Virus record (IMG/VR): IMGVR_UViG_3300035698_025127
Location: 32,001 to 96,000 of that record
DNA length: 64,000 nucleotides
Strand: one strand, 5' to 3'
DNA from: a virus
Positions within the stretch are counted from its first letter, which is position 1; each line of letters starts with the position of its first letter. The notes under the pieces were generated by a model. That model was not told where the DNA came from. It searched no databases and was given only the letters and a program-made list of their open reading frames with translations. A program made the translations under genes and the position numbers. Below, piece after piece: positions 10,801-19,180 of the stretch.

Positions 10801-12568
10801 TGCTCGTGCAAAACTCATTAATAGTACGCTAAATGGTTTTGCCACAGCAGTAAGCAATAAGATTGTATTAACAAGTCCTACAAAAGGCGTTTCAAGTCAG
10901 CTTCGCGGAGTTATTGATAATACCGCATTAGATTTTTCTGCTATTGTTAGTACACCTGCAACTGGTAGTGGTTATCCCAATCTATCCTTTAAGGTGGATG
11001 GCGGGACTACAAATACTATTGATTTTACTGACTATGCAGGTATTTTGATTGCAGATCAAAGTGCGGCTACTGCTGATGAAGTCGTTGCTTCCATTCTCAG
11101 AGGAACATCTCTAAGTAGCAGTCTTGTCTATACAGACGGCGTTGGTGTTGCAACTACAGTAAATGTCAAGAGTCTTGTTACCGGCACAAGTGGTACCGTG
11201 GAAATTCTGACAGCTAATCAGGCACTGGGTGACGAGTTTGGTATTCAAACTGTTTATACTGGGACCCAAACTGAAGTTGCTGCCGGCGTTGCTTTTGCAG
11301 TAAGTCCTGGTACTTGGGCAAATGCTGACGAGGATGCTCTGAAAATTAAATTTACTGACGAAAATCCGCTGTTCTTTGCGCCTAATACTTCTCGTGTAGA
11401 TATTTATAGTGGTTCTACTATTTTAGCATCATATCGCGAAGTTTCTCCTGATCCTGATGCTGATGGCAGCCATGGAACAACCGGAGAGGGAACATTCATT
11501 GAGGACGAACTTGGTAATAGCAATGACGTTGCCAACGGAACTAATCCTAATCCATATTTCGCGTTTGACCTTGACGAAGATTTAACTACAGACGTCATTG
11601 ATTATAATGGTGGAAAATTTAAGTCTGGAACTTATTCGTTAAGTGGCGGAGCTGATGGTATCAATGAATTAACTGGAAGTGATTTTGTTGGTGTTTCTTA
11701 TGATTCCACATATGGTGGACCTACAGGAATTCAGAATTTTGCTGATAAGCATTCATCATTTATTAACTTCCTGGTTGCCCCAGGCCGTTCAGATAGTGCT
11801 GTTATTCAGTCATTATTCTCTGTAGCTGAAGAACGCGGCGATTGTTTGGCCCTTGTGGATCCGCCTATCTCTCTGAGACCAGAACAAGTAGTGGATTGGC
11901 ACAATGGCCTAGGTTATGGTAATAGTGTGGCATTTAACACAAGTTACGCAGCATTATACGGTACTTGGTTCTATCATAGTGATCCGTATAATAACACGAA
12001 TATTTATTTACCACCTAGTGCATATCTGCTAAAGCAGTATGCATATAGCGATTCCATTTCGGAACCATGGTTTGCAGTAGCAGGTGATACGCGCGGTAAA
12101 GTTACCGGTGCTATTGGGGTTGAATATTCACCAAACGAGGGTGAACGCGACTTAATGTACGGCAATGGAAATGCAGTGAATCCGATTGTTAATTTCGTAC
12201 AAAGCGGAATTAAAATCTGGGGCCAGAAAACCCTTTCACGCACAGAGTCTTCATTGAATCGTATCAATGTGAGGCGTTTATTCTTGTTTGCTCGTAGAAC
12301 CGTAGAATTAGCCTCACAAGTTATATTGTTTGAACCTAATGATGCGTTGACCCGTAAGAAATTGGTGGAAATAATTGAAGGTGCTATGTCCGATATTCTA
12401 TCAAGACGCGGTATTACAAGATTCCAGGTTGAAGACAAGACTGATGCTTTCCTGATTAATCAGAATAGAATCAAGATTGTTGTGTTTGTTGAACCACAAC
12501 AAACTGCTGAATTCATTGAGATTCCGTTTATTGTAACCGGTAGCGGACAAGCATTTATCGAAGGTTAA
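7856..12568 (+). CDS. gp18: Contractile tail sheath protein, gp18-like, with very large insertion
   Basis: N-terminal LSP.V...E.DLS...IAGIVGAASKG; C-terminal PWFA.AG..RG, RDLMY....VNPI, WGQKTL....S.L.RINVRRL, FEPND, AEFI.I.F. Confidence 0.95.
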   Translation: MTTLLSPTVVTSETDLSFVAQSISTSIAGIVGAASKGAVNKRIYLSSQDDVIIKLGKPLLTDYGVQTASLFMKQSSNGWYNRIASLRGNDPVATANTDTRALLTQTSLTAFVAPSDIIALAGGSSQNLRLRFDDTNDITITFTTAIVTSLVRSTMLDTMIALTGWLDGVLSLNGTAEPRYGFTGYTQLGDGSYVLTIQSELKSGLSKIEVMVPTGTDAASYFGWTSGVTSETGTRSIVLNTNLTSAVVTSLAQGVSGYNLGTSATSTSVNSATYNLGVLADGSLDVNNMGASPNAYSFVSVLESNTTTTMNLDSDGIHAQAQAAPYAFNPVVQIVVDGYTTSIEIPLTTWTIGAITNANMQDFATAINTATPSGLGDIAFYNTATKKMYLQSPGKSVGYTYISVPLEQSDTVAGNAAMAIRAMNFLGFDFQDVKVQNQITIETETSSETISFDYTTVHSYGLSPASLTTAQVVSLINAQFGSTIASIDSGLNISLANDYRGIDGFVKASGYQTSKLAIDSTAFDYTSSWYLPSSSPIRLIGAETATAAGLNNTYLKCSFGTDWAIVRINNTTYASDPVAIGSAKLDVEATSFAATPTQINAFKIALAAVLFGHVISSPGDGFVIGEWTVGTLVAAGTELRVYNGGGLTAGRVRVVDSNDNTATTYPASHEGNISYVVTALPAPDTTTVTLRDAGGTNVLTVTSLHDDRELHLYVDNTPALTFAGKTMTGFASSGSYATWLQKSSNTVTGDETAELTIGAGGDLSSVGQLSVSTTDASWALVLDLLFDDGAGTDYSALVAVVPSGTTAFTTSIKGGHSIAVAECPVDVITLAQGNGYDVTWTAGTGSYAYVNTATGTLDFALDALKLNGQDLPSAGAGGKAKGYLIGNADIEYIFRPSTVTPGAYAAQWQNGRITTSRVAYNDITSTFVATARSFFPNDDWGGGYNRFAVVVDDDYTVDIDFNDYTFVDQSAATASETADALNARAKLINSTLNGFATAVSNKIVLTSPTKGVSSQLRGVIDNTALDFSAIVSTPATGSGYPNLSFKVDGGTTNTIDFTDYAGILIADQSAATADEVVASILRGTSLSSSLVYTDGVGVATTVNVKSLVTGTSGTVEILTANQALGDEFGIQTVYTGTQTEVAAGVAFAVSPGTWANADEDALKIKFTDENPLFFAPNTSRVDIYSGSTILASYREVSPDPDADGSHGTTGEGTFIEDELGNSNDVANGTNPNPYFAFDLDEDLTTDVIDYNGGKFKSGTYSLSGGADGINELTGSDFVGVSYDSTYGGPTGIQNFADKHSSFINFLVAPGRSDSAVIQSLFSVAEERGDCLALVDPPISLRPEQVVDWHNGLGYGNSVAFNTSYAALYGTWFYHSDPYNNTNIYLPPSAYLLKQYAYSDSISEPWFAVAGDTRGKVTGAIGVEYSPNEGERDLMYGNGNAVNPIVNFVQSGIKIWGQKTLSRTESSLNRINVRRLFLFARRTVELASQVILFEPNDALTRKKLVEIIEGAMSDILSRRGITRFQVEDKTDAFLINQNRIKIVVFVEPQQTAEFIEIPFIVTGSGQAFIEG

Positions 12569-12580
12569 GGAGAATAAAAC

Positions 12581-13270
12581 ATGGGAATTTTAGGAATAGT
12601 TGGCAATTCGCGAATTGGCAATGAAGTTGATGGCATGGGAAACTATGACGTTAAACGAAATAATATGTGGGAAATGAAACTGGCCCGTTCGTTTGGCTCA
12701 GATGATTTTCGCAATTCCTTTACTCTACAGATGAATAAGGCTGCAAGACCTAATTTCACTTTGGGCGAAGTCGAATTACAAAGGGGTAACGAACGTTGGT
12801 ACGTTGCCTCTAAACCAGTCGCACAGGATTTGGCAGTTTCGTTTTATGACGCTTTACCATCTCAGGGTGTAAGTTATACTTATCAGCGTGAAGGCGTACA
12901 AAGTCCACACCCGGCTGGTAATCCTGATATGCGTAGTGCATCGCAAATATTGTATAACTGGTATTTACTAATATATAATCCGTCTTCTGGGTATATGGGA
13001 TTAGCAAGTGAATATCAAACTAATGCATATATTACGTTATATTCAGGTAGCGGTGAACCTATCGAACGTTGGATGTATCTTGGTTTATGGCCAAGAGAAG
13101 TAAATATGGGCGATTTAGACCATGCCACTGAAGGCGATCCTCTAACAATCGAAGCGACTTTTAGATTTAATAAAGTCTATCGTATTGACCCAGGTACAAC
13201 AGCAGAACCTACAGATGGTGATGCTCAGTTGTTACCAGAAACAGCAGAGAGTTCTTTTAATATCCTCTAA
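12581..13270 (+). CDS. gp19: Tail tube protein, gp19-like
   Basis: Follows sheath; W...IYNP.SG.MG....Y, IERW..LGLWP..VN.GDLD, IEATFRF. Confidence 0.9.
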   Translation: MGILGIVGNSRIGNEVDGMGNYDVKRNNMWEMKLARSFGSDDFRNSFTLQMNKAARPNFTLGEVELQRGNERWYVASKPVAQDLAVSFYDALPSQGVSYTYQREGVQSPHPAGNPDMRSASQILYNWYLLIYNPSSGYMGLASEYQTNAYITLYSGSGEPIERWMYLGLWPREVNMGDLDHATEGDPLTIEATFRFNKVYRIDPGTTAEPTDGDAQLLPETAESSFNIL

Positions 13271-13279
13271 TAACTAATT

Positions 13280-13322
13280 AAGCACAGCACTTAGAAAAAG
13301 TTTAAGTGCTGTGCTTTTCTTT
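13280..13322 (+). terminator. Intrinsic terminator
   Basis: AAGCACAGCACTTA / TAAGTGCTGTGCTT 14-bp stem plus T-rich tail. Confidence 0.85.
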
Positions 13323-13339
13323 GAAACGCGAGTAACAAA

Positions 13340-13639
13340 ATGTCAAAAATAACAGAATTTAGTACATTTTCAGAAAACAAAATTGACGCAAAGACAATTA
13401 GGGCAGTCGGCAATAAGTTGGGTATTAATTGGAATAAAATCCCATTTTCAGAATTTGAAGCGGGATATTATGTAGAATTAGAACACGGATTACAAGACCC
13501 CGAAACAAATGCAACAAATGACGATCCTGTTATGACAGCCAAAATTGCATGGGTTCATCTAAAGGAATTTTCAGACTATTATACTCGTCTCAAGAAAATG
13601 GAACGAGAAGGCAAGGAACAAAAAAATAGGGAACATTAA
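13340..13639 (+). CDS. DUF5661-family protein
   Basis: G..VELEHG...TNDDP..TAKIA..HL.E..DYYTRL.KME signature. Confidence 0.85.
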   Translation: MSKITEFSTFSENKIDAKTIRAVGNKLGINWNKIPFSEFEAGYYVELEHGLQDPETNATNDDPVMTAKIAWVHLKEFSDYYTRLKKMEREGKEQKNREH

Positions 13640-14159
13640 GAATTTTATTAGTGATATAATTAGTGAAGGCAAAAAACCTCGAAAATTTGATGTTGGTGAT
13701 ATTGTTAGAATTAAATTATATGATGATGGCCCACTATCAAAACAACCGCTAGGCAAAGTTTTTAGTATAGTCGGCTATGATAATTATACCGGAAAATGGA
13801 AATATAAAGTAAAAGAACAGGGATCCGGAGTACGTAAAACCTGGTCTGAAAACAATTTAATTTTAGTAAAGAAAGTCAAAGAGGGTGTCAATAAAGTAGC
13901 CGCCCCTAAAGATAAAATCACAAAACAAGTTAAAGATTTAAGTACAAGTTTAGATTATTTTATAAAAAACGAGTTAGTAAAAAATGCAGGCAATCCTTCA
14001 AAATATTATGCAAATATAGCCGATATTTTGGGTATTTTTGTACGTATATTAAAAATAACTAAAGACACAGATATCATAAAACATATTGAAAGTACAATAA
14101 AAATTTTACAAAATCGTAGCGCTTCATATCGCAATCATACTGATACATGGGAATGGTAA
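13626..14159 (+). CDS. Hypothetical protein (177 aa) lacking a canonical start; SH3/KOW-like segment
   Basis: Frame open 13563-14159 (GNIKNFISDIISEGKKPRKFDVGDIVRIK...DTWEW*); AAGGA lies 8 nt before ATA at 13626; absent from ORF track. Confidence 0.65.
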   Translation: MGNIKNFISDIISEGKKPRKFDVGDIVRIKLYDDGPLSKQPLGKVFSIVGYDNYTGKWKYKVKEQGSGVRKTWSENNLILVKKVKEGVNKVAAPKDKITKQVKDLSTSLDYFIKNELVKNAGNPSKYYANIADILGIFVRILKITKDTDIIKHIESTIKILQNRSASYRNHTDTWEW

Positions 14160-14162
14160 AAC

Positions 14163-14191
14163 TTGACAAATATCTAAAAGTATGTTATAGT
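14163..14191 (+). promoter_or_regulatory. Sigma70-type early promoter
   Basis: TTGACA-17 nt-TATAGT with extended -10 TG. Confidence 0.85.
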
Positions 14192-14197
14192 TCTATT

Positions 14198-14480
14198 TAG
14201 GCAACTGTCTTGTTTAAATTTGTTCCTTGTCAGCGATAAGGAGCCTACAAAGGTTTTTCGGTGTACCCGCCCAGCGAAACATCGGTTTTTGTTTTATCAT
14301 GGGTTCGCCAACTTTTCCGTTGTGATAAAATGTAAGTGTCAAAAGGCGTATAACGACACATTTCCTATGTACCACGATGTACAAAAGGAAACAGCCTCGT
14401 CATCGGCGGGGCCAGCCCCACCACGGATAGTATCTGTGGCCCTACCCCCCTTCGTTCGAAAGTTGGGGGGTTTCTTTTTT
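14198..14480 (+). ncRNA. Candidate structured non-coding RNA (unknown family)
   Basis: GC-richer interval between consensus promoter and terminator, tiled by ~8 hairpins; no RBS-supported ORF. Confidence 0.65.
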
Positions 14481-14482
14481 TC
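14444..14482 (+). terminator. Intrinsic terminator closing the putative ncRNA
   Basis: ACCCCCC...GGGGGGT stem then TTCTTTTTTT. Confidence 0.8.
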
Positions 14483-14511
14483 TTGACAAAACGGCCGTCT
14501 TGTGTTACTAT
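14483..14511 (+). promoter_or_regulatory. Sigma70-type early promoter
   Basis: TTGACA-17 nt-TACTAT with extended TG. Confidence 0.75.
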
Positions 14512-14532
14512 ACAACCATAAGGAGATTAGAT

Positions 14533-14994
14533 ATGATTTATTTTGTAATGTTTGTCGTTGCGGCCACGGTACACTTTATAGTAGACTTTTTGTTTCAGAC
14601 ACACGAAACGGCAGTCAACAAGAAACAAAATAATTCGGTGTTATTCAGACATTGCTCATGGTATGCGGTTTGGGTTAGCTTGGCATTTAGTGCGGCCCTT
14701 TTTAAGTTTGGCAATTTATATTATACCGTTGGAGTGGCAGCAGTTTTCGGAGCCCTTTTGATATCCCATTATTACATTGACAACGGGTTTTTAATGATCC
14801 TGTGGGCAAAATATATCCATAAAAATCCACGCTTTGAGGGTGTAAAAAGTATGGATGAAGGTAATAAGGCATTATTCGAAGACTGTCTCGAAAATCCGTT
14901 TAGACCTACAATTTATATCGCCGTAGACCAGATTATGCATATTAGTGTAATCGCAATTATTTCTTTAGTTATATGGGGTATTGCAAATGTCTAA
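14533..14994 (+). CDS. DUF3307-family membrane protein
   Basis: HFIVDFLFQT, H..WY, SHYYID, DQIMH motifs in TM helices; AGGAG RBS. Confidence 0.85.
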   Translation: MIYFVMFVVAATVHFIVDFLFQTHETAVNKKQNNSVLFRHCSWYAVWVSLAFSAALFKFGNLYYTVGVAAVFGALLISHYYIDNGFLMILWAKYIHKNPRFEGVKSMDEGNKALFEDCLENPFRPTIYIAVDQIMHISVIAIISLVIWGIANV

Positions 14995-15448
14995 GGCAGT
15001 GGTAAATGTTGAAGGCAATCTTCAGACAATAGTTCTTCTTGTGCACTTATTGGAATTTTATACTATTGATAATATTATTCCGATAAGAATACCGCAAAGA
15101 AAACGGGAATCAATGTATCTTCAATGGCGGATTTTAGAATCGTTTGGCATTGAAAGCAATGACAAGATTTTGTATATTCGCGATACGATTGACGCATATC
15201 TTAAAGAAAATGAAGATATTGTTACTCCGTTCGATGAGAAACGGCTTGAAACGTTCACTAAAAACGTGACTACAGCGGCTTTGGAAGACATAGCATTGTG
15301 TGAGGACGCAGACATGTATACAGTCGATAATACTGAAATTTTTGGCAGTATGACAGCTAATGAAATAACTGATGAAATGGCAATAAAATATTGTAAAGAC
15401 AAAGTTCCCGAAAAATTAATTACAAAAATTATGGGAGAACCAAAATGA
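14987..15448 (+). CDS. Hypothetical protein
   Basis: Overlapping co-oriented ORF. Confidence 0.7.
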   Translation: MSKAVVNVEGNLQTIVLLVHLLEFYTIDNIIPIRIPQRKRESMYLQWRILESFGIESNDKILYIRDTIDAYLKENEDIVTPFDEKRLETFTKNVTTAALEDIALCEDADMYTVDNTEIFGSMTANEITDEMAIKYCKDKVPEKLITKIMGEPK

Positions 15449-15837
15449 TGGATAAACTTGAAAGTCTTTTAGCGCAACTTGATACTATTGAAGCGAGAAT
15501 GCCGCTTATTGACACTCAGGACGAAGCACAATTTGCCTTTGACTTGACGGACAATCTCATTGAGCAAATTAAAGCTATCATGTCAGGCAAAAATTACTTT
15601 TACGGTAAAATTACAAACAAGACCGATAAGGAATTTGATGCATCCGGTTTCCCGAGTGATGTTGTAAAATGTATTATTGACCCCATGGAGACATATTATT
15701 TCCCGTTTCCCAATTCCGATACTCAAACACTTATTGATACTGCCCGTGGCTATCGTAAACACGGATTTACATGCGAAAAATATACCGGGCGATTTGGTGA
15801 AAACTATTTTATTATAGAATTCGTTGTAAATTCGTAG
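15445..15837 (+). CDS. Hypothetical protein
   Basis: ATGA overlap, GGAG RBS. Confidence 0.7.
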   Translation: MMDKLESLLAQLDTIEARMPLIDTQDEAQFAFDLTDNLIEQIKAIMSGKNYFYGKITNKTDKEFDASGFPSDVVKCIIDPMETYYFPFPNSDTQTLIDTARGYRKHGFTCEKYTGRFGENYFIIEFVVNS

Positions 15838-16460
15838 TTCTCGGCCATAATAGGATCGTTAATGGCCTCCACAATAGGCTTTAAACGAGCCACGATTGCC
15901 TGTAAGGCACTTTTCTGTCTATCAGTAGGTATTCGGCCTAATTGGTACCAGTCTTTGATCCTACCGGTAATATAGATGATATGTTGGTTCGCGTAAATAT
16001 GTTTGTTCATGAGCATTAGGAATCTATATAGCAGGATAATCGAAGCAATAGACTCATTAGATGCGTTTTTCAAGGTAAAGGTGTCTTCATTTAGGATATC
16101 AATTAATTCCTGCTCAATAACAAAGTCATCAATTCTGATACGACTTTTCTTGACAGTTTTAATTTTCTTTACAATACCCCCGCATTCTAATATCGAAGTG
16201 CCGTCTTTTGTATATTCATTTAGGGTAATTAAGGCACGTTTTAGTGTATTATTATTTTTGCACCTTGCCTTTTTGTCGCCATATAAAATAGTATACGAAT
16301 AACTTTTAAGATCGAGCTTAATGTCAAATTCTATAGACCCCGCAACAGAAAAGAGAACCTGAAACTTGTCAGACTGTATTTCAACACTTACAGATACGTT
16401 ATCAAAAATCTTGTTTATGTACTGTACTACTATTTTATATTGCCTAGGCAGTTTTGTCAT
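15804..16460 (-). CDS. Hypothetical protein
   Basis: 218-aa ORF with GGAGG RBS on minus strand. Confidence 0.75.
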   Translation of the reverse strand: MTKLPRQYKIVVQYINKIFDNVSVSVEIQSDKFQVLFSVAGSIEFDIKLDLKSYSYTILYGDKKARCKNNNTLKRALITLNEYTKDGTSILECGGIVKKIKTVKKSRIRIDDFVIEQELIDILNEDTFTLKNASNESIASIILLYRFLMLMNKHIYANQHIIYITGRIKDWYQLGRIPTDRQKSALQAIVARLKPIVEAINDPIMAENYEFTTNSIIK

Positions 16461-16725
16461 TGTTACCTCCCATCAAGTATTTGCTATACGATTCTATTTC
16501 GGCCCGCTTTTCGGGTGTAAAACTGTCAATATCATAAATATTTATTAGTGTTTCAAATATGATAGCGTCTTTTTCTGGCGATTCTGGCATTTTTCTTGTC
16601 AATAAGTATATAGTGTTTATCTGGTTTAGTAGCGCGAATTCATTATTAACAACTTTATTCTCTATATATAGTAGTGTTATAAGCCGTTTTGCAATGTTTA
16701 CGATTGAATGTTGTATGTATGTCAT
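16444..16725 (-). CDS. Hypothetical protein
   Basis: 93-aa ORF, AAGG RBS. Confidence 0.65.
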   Translation of the reverse strand: MTYIQHSIVNIAKRLITLLYIENKVVNNEFALLNQINTIYLLTRKMPESPEKDAIIFETLINIYDIDSFTPEKRAEIESYSKYLMGGNNDKTA

Positions 16726-16802
16726 GAGACCTTCTTTCTGTTTTCTATAAATAACGTACGATAACTTATGAATTCGATAAATTTGACAAGGAATAGAAAA
16801 TA

Positions 16803-18275
16803 ATGAATGTAAAGCTAATTAAGACACGCCCGAATATTGCAACAATAGCGTCAGCAAAAACATGTTATAACGGTATGATTTACCCAAACAAGATTAAAAA
16901 TTCTGCTAAAACTGATAAATTCGTTGTTTCTTTGCTAAATAGTGGACACCATACGACATTTCAGCATAGCGACCATTATTTTACATTTGCGCTTGAAGGG
17001 ATAAGTAGATATGCTGTATGGTCATTTTTCCATAATTTCGAATACTATAATTCAAGTCAGGAAAGCCAGCGTTATGTATCCATGGCACCGGAAAACAATT
17101 ATGTACCAGAAGGATTAACAAATACACAAAGAAGAATCTGGGACGCAGCACTTGCTGACTCTTTTATTGCATATACAGAATTGACTCGTCTATGTACTGA
17201 CAAAACAAAACAATTATATAGTAAGACTTTTCCGAATAAAGATCAGAAAATTGTTGAAGATAAAGCACACAAAATGGCAATTGAAAACGCTCGGTATATT
17301 TTGCCACAGGCTGTTACAACGTCCATGTATTATACGATAAATTTAGCTACTCTTTTGCGTATGCGCGCAGTAGCTAATACATATGACTGTAAATGGGAAA
17401 TTATACCTATTATAGAAAAAATGTGTGAAGCTGTAATCGCATTTGACGAGAAACTAGCAGTTCTTTTTGGACGTGTAGAAATCGGAGCTTTTTTTGCAGA
17501 CTACGAATATAACAATATAAATGCCAAGCTATTCAAGAAAAATTTCGATGCTCAATTTAATGATAACTACGGCAATGAATTCCAACACTCGAAACTTATC
17601 AGCCATAATGCTTTACCGGCATCGCTAAATATTTTTGATGAAATCTTCGGCATTAAATACGGCTATTCAGAAGTAAAAGATTTATCTCTAAATGTTGACA
17701 ATATGCTTACTGAATCTCGTTTGGGCAGCTTATTAGTATTTACATTCGCAAACCGAAATTCATTATCATGTGATTCTCAAATGCAGCGACATCGCACGAT
17801 AAGTAAAGCAAAGACATTTTTGCCGGATCAAATAGTTACAGATGATATTGATTATGTAGTGCCTATAGTGATCGGGTCAAGAAAAACACTAATAAGTCGA
17901 TATAATAGATTTATGGACAATCAATTGACAAACTATAGATATGCAATTAAAGAAGGGATTGCCCCAGAAATTGCTGCTTACCTTCTTCCTAATGCAACAA
18001 TGACTCGGTCTTTTTCGACAGTAGATTTAAATGGATTTAAGAATCAGGCTAATTTGCGTTTGTGTTTTAATGCACAAAAAGAAATATGGGATTTGACAGC
18101 AGAACAGGCAAAACAAATAAGTAAAGTGGTCCCTGAAATATCACGTGTTTTGCATCCTAAATGCAAGTTAAGAAAAGAAAGCGGTATAACACCGGTATGT
18201 ACAGAAGGTTCAAGATTTTGTGGAACACAGACCTGGAACATAGACGACTTTTACAATCATGAACGGGAGTTTTAA
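16803..18275 (+). CDS. thyX: FAD-dependent thymidylate synthase, tandem two-domain ThyX
   Basis: SGHHTTFQH..FTFALEGISR, SQESQRYV, ARYILPQA; second domain QMQRHRT, AAYLLPNA, LRLCFNAQKEI. Confidence 0.9.
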   Translation: MNVKLIKTRPNIATIASAKTCYNGMIYPNKIKNSAKTDKFVVSLLNSGHHTTFQHSDHYFTFALEGISRYAVWSFFHNFEYYNSSQESQRYVSMAPENNYVPEGLTNTQRRIWDAALADSFIAYTELTRLCTDKTKQLYSKTFPNKDQKIVEDKAHKMAIENARYILPQAVTTSMYYTINLATLLRMRAVANTYDCKWEIIPIIEKMCEAVIAFDEKLAVLFGRVEIGAFFADYEYNNINAKLFKKNFDAQFNDNYGNEFQHSKLISHNALPASLNIFDEIFGIKYGYSEVKDLSLNVDNMLTESRLGSLLVFTFANRNSLSCDSQMQRHRTISKAKTFLPDQIVTDDIDYVVPIVIGSRKTLISRYNRFMDNQLTNYRYAIKEGIAPEIAAYLLPNATMTRSFSTVDLNGFKNQANLRLCFNAQKEIWDLTAEQAKQISKVVPEISRVLHPKCKLRKESGITPVCTEGSRFCGTQTWNIDDFYNHEREF

Positions 18276-18276
18276 T

Positions 18277-18474
18277 ATGGGCTTTGACGAAGAAATTAAT
18301 GCAGTATTTGCCAGGTTTGGCCAGCTATTAAACGGAACAACAAGAGAAATGTTTGTTGAATTTATTGATGAAAATCGTGAGATTTTTACAATGTCAGGTG
18401 ATAATCTTTGGAGTGTATATAAACAACTGAATTTGCGAGAAGAAAATGGAATCTGGAAACTTAGAGAAAATTAA
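18277..18474 (+). CDS. Hypothetical protein
   Basis: Small ORF with GGAG RBS. Confidence 0.55.
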   Translation: MGFDEEINAVFARFGQLLNGTTREMFVEFIDENREIFTMSGDNLWSVYKQLNLREENGIWKLREN

Positions 18475-19180
18475 TGTGCCTCTGGAAACCATTGAATTTC
18501 CAGTAAGGGGGGTTTACAAAACAAGAGATGGTATGCTACCTAAGCGAATGTGCTATTTGCACCCAGATGCCATTAGAAGTTTTTATCAATTACAGCGTTA
18601 TACCGATTTTAAGTTACGATATTCCGACATTTTCAGAAAACCGGAATCGTCTTTTTTGGCCCGCAAGGAGAAGGGGCGAAGTGTTGCGCCGCCGGGCAAG
18701 TCTGGACATAATTATGGGGTATCATTTGACATTGATGTTGAACACGCCCTGAGATTATTTACAAATAACAAAAATCCTCGCGGCAAACGTCTTCTTGAAT
18801 TGCAAGATAAGTTTGTAATGTATGATTGGTATCCACTAAATAGCGTACGTAACAAGTTATTAAGAGACCCGGGTAGAAAACGTCAAATATCGGAAGAATG
18901 GCATTTTAATTATGGTGAAGAACCAATTAGTAGCCGTGTTGAACAGTGGTATTCGGAAGTTGAGTTAGACGTTGCCGAGTTACAAAGTATCTTGTTAGAC
19001 CTTGGATATAATGCTTTTCCGATAGACGGTATTTATGGTAAAAATACTCGAAAGGCAATGAATGCGTTTCAAAAAGATTGTAGAATCCCGAGAACAAAAT
19101 ATCCAGATCGCAATACAAAACTTATTTTAAGTTCTCTTGATGTGAAATATACTATTACTAACGGAGCAGCAAGTTATTAA
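18446..19180 (+). CDS. Endolysin: M15-family Zn peptidase plus C-terminal peptidoglycan-binding domain
   Basis: APPGKSGHNYGVSFDI (SxHxxGxxxD) and EEWHF; LQ..L..LGY....IDGIYGKNT..A...FQ (PG_binding_1). Confidence 0.85.
   Translation: MESGNLEKINVPLETIEFPVRGVYKTRDGMLPKRMCYLHPDAIRSFYQLQRYTDFKLRYSDIFRKPESSFLARKEKGRSVAPPGKSGHNYGVSFDIDVEHALRLFTNNKNPRGKRLLELQDKFVMYDWYPLNSVRNKLLRDPGRKRQISEEWHFNYGEEPISSRVEQWYSEVELDVAELQSILLDLGYNAFPIDGIYGKNTRKAMNAFQKDCRIPRTKYPDRNTKLILSSLDVKYTITNGAASY

Noticed and set aside
14393-14424. tmRNA/tRNA-like 3' end (GCCAGCCCCACCA)
   Set aside because: No T-loop (TTCRA) and no complementary GGGGCTG 5' strand; kept only as part of the unknown ncRNA.
14220-14486. 88-aa TTG ORF across the structured region
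   Set aside because: No RBS, runs through a terminator, atypical composition; RNA structure explains the region better.
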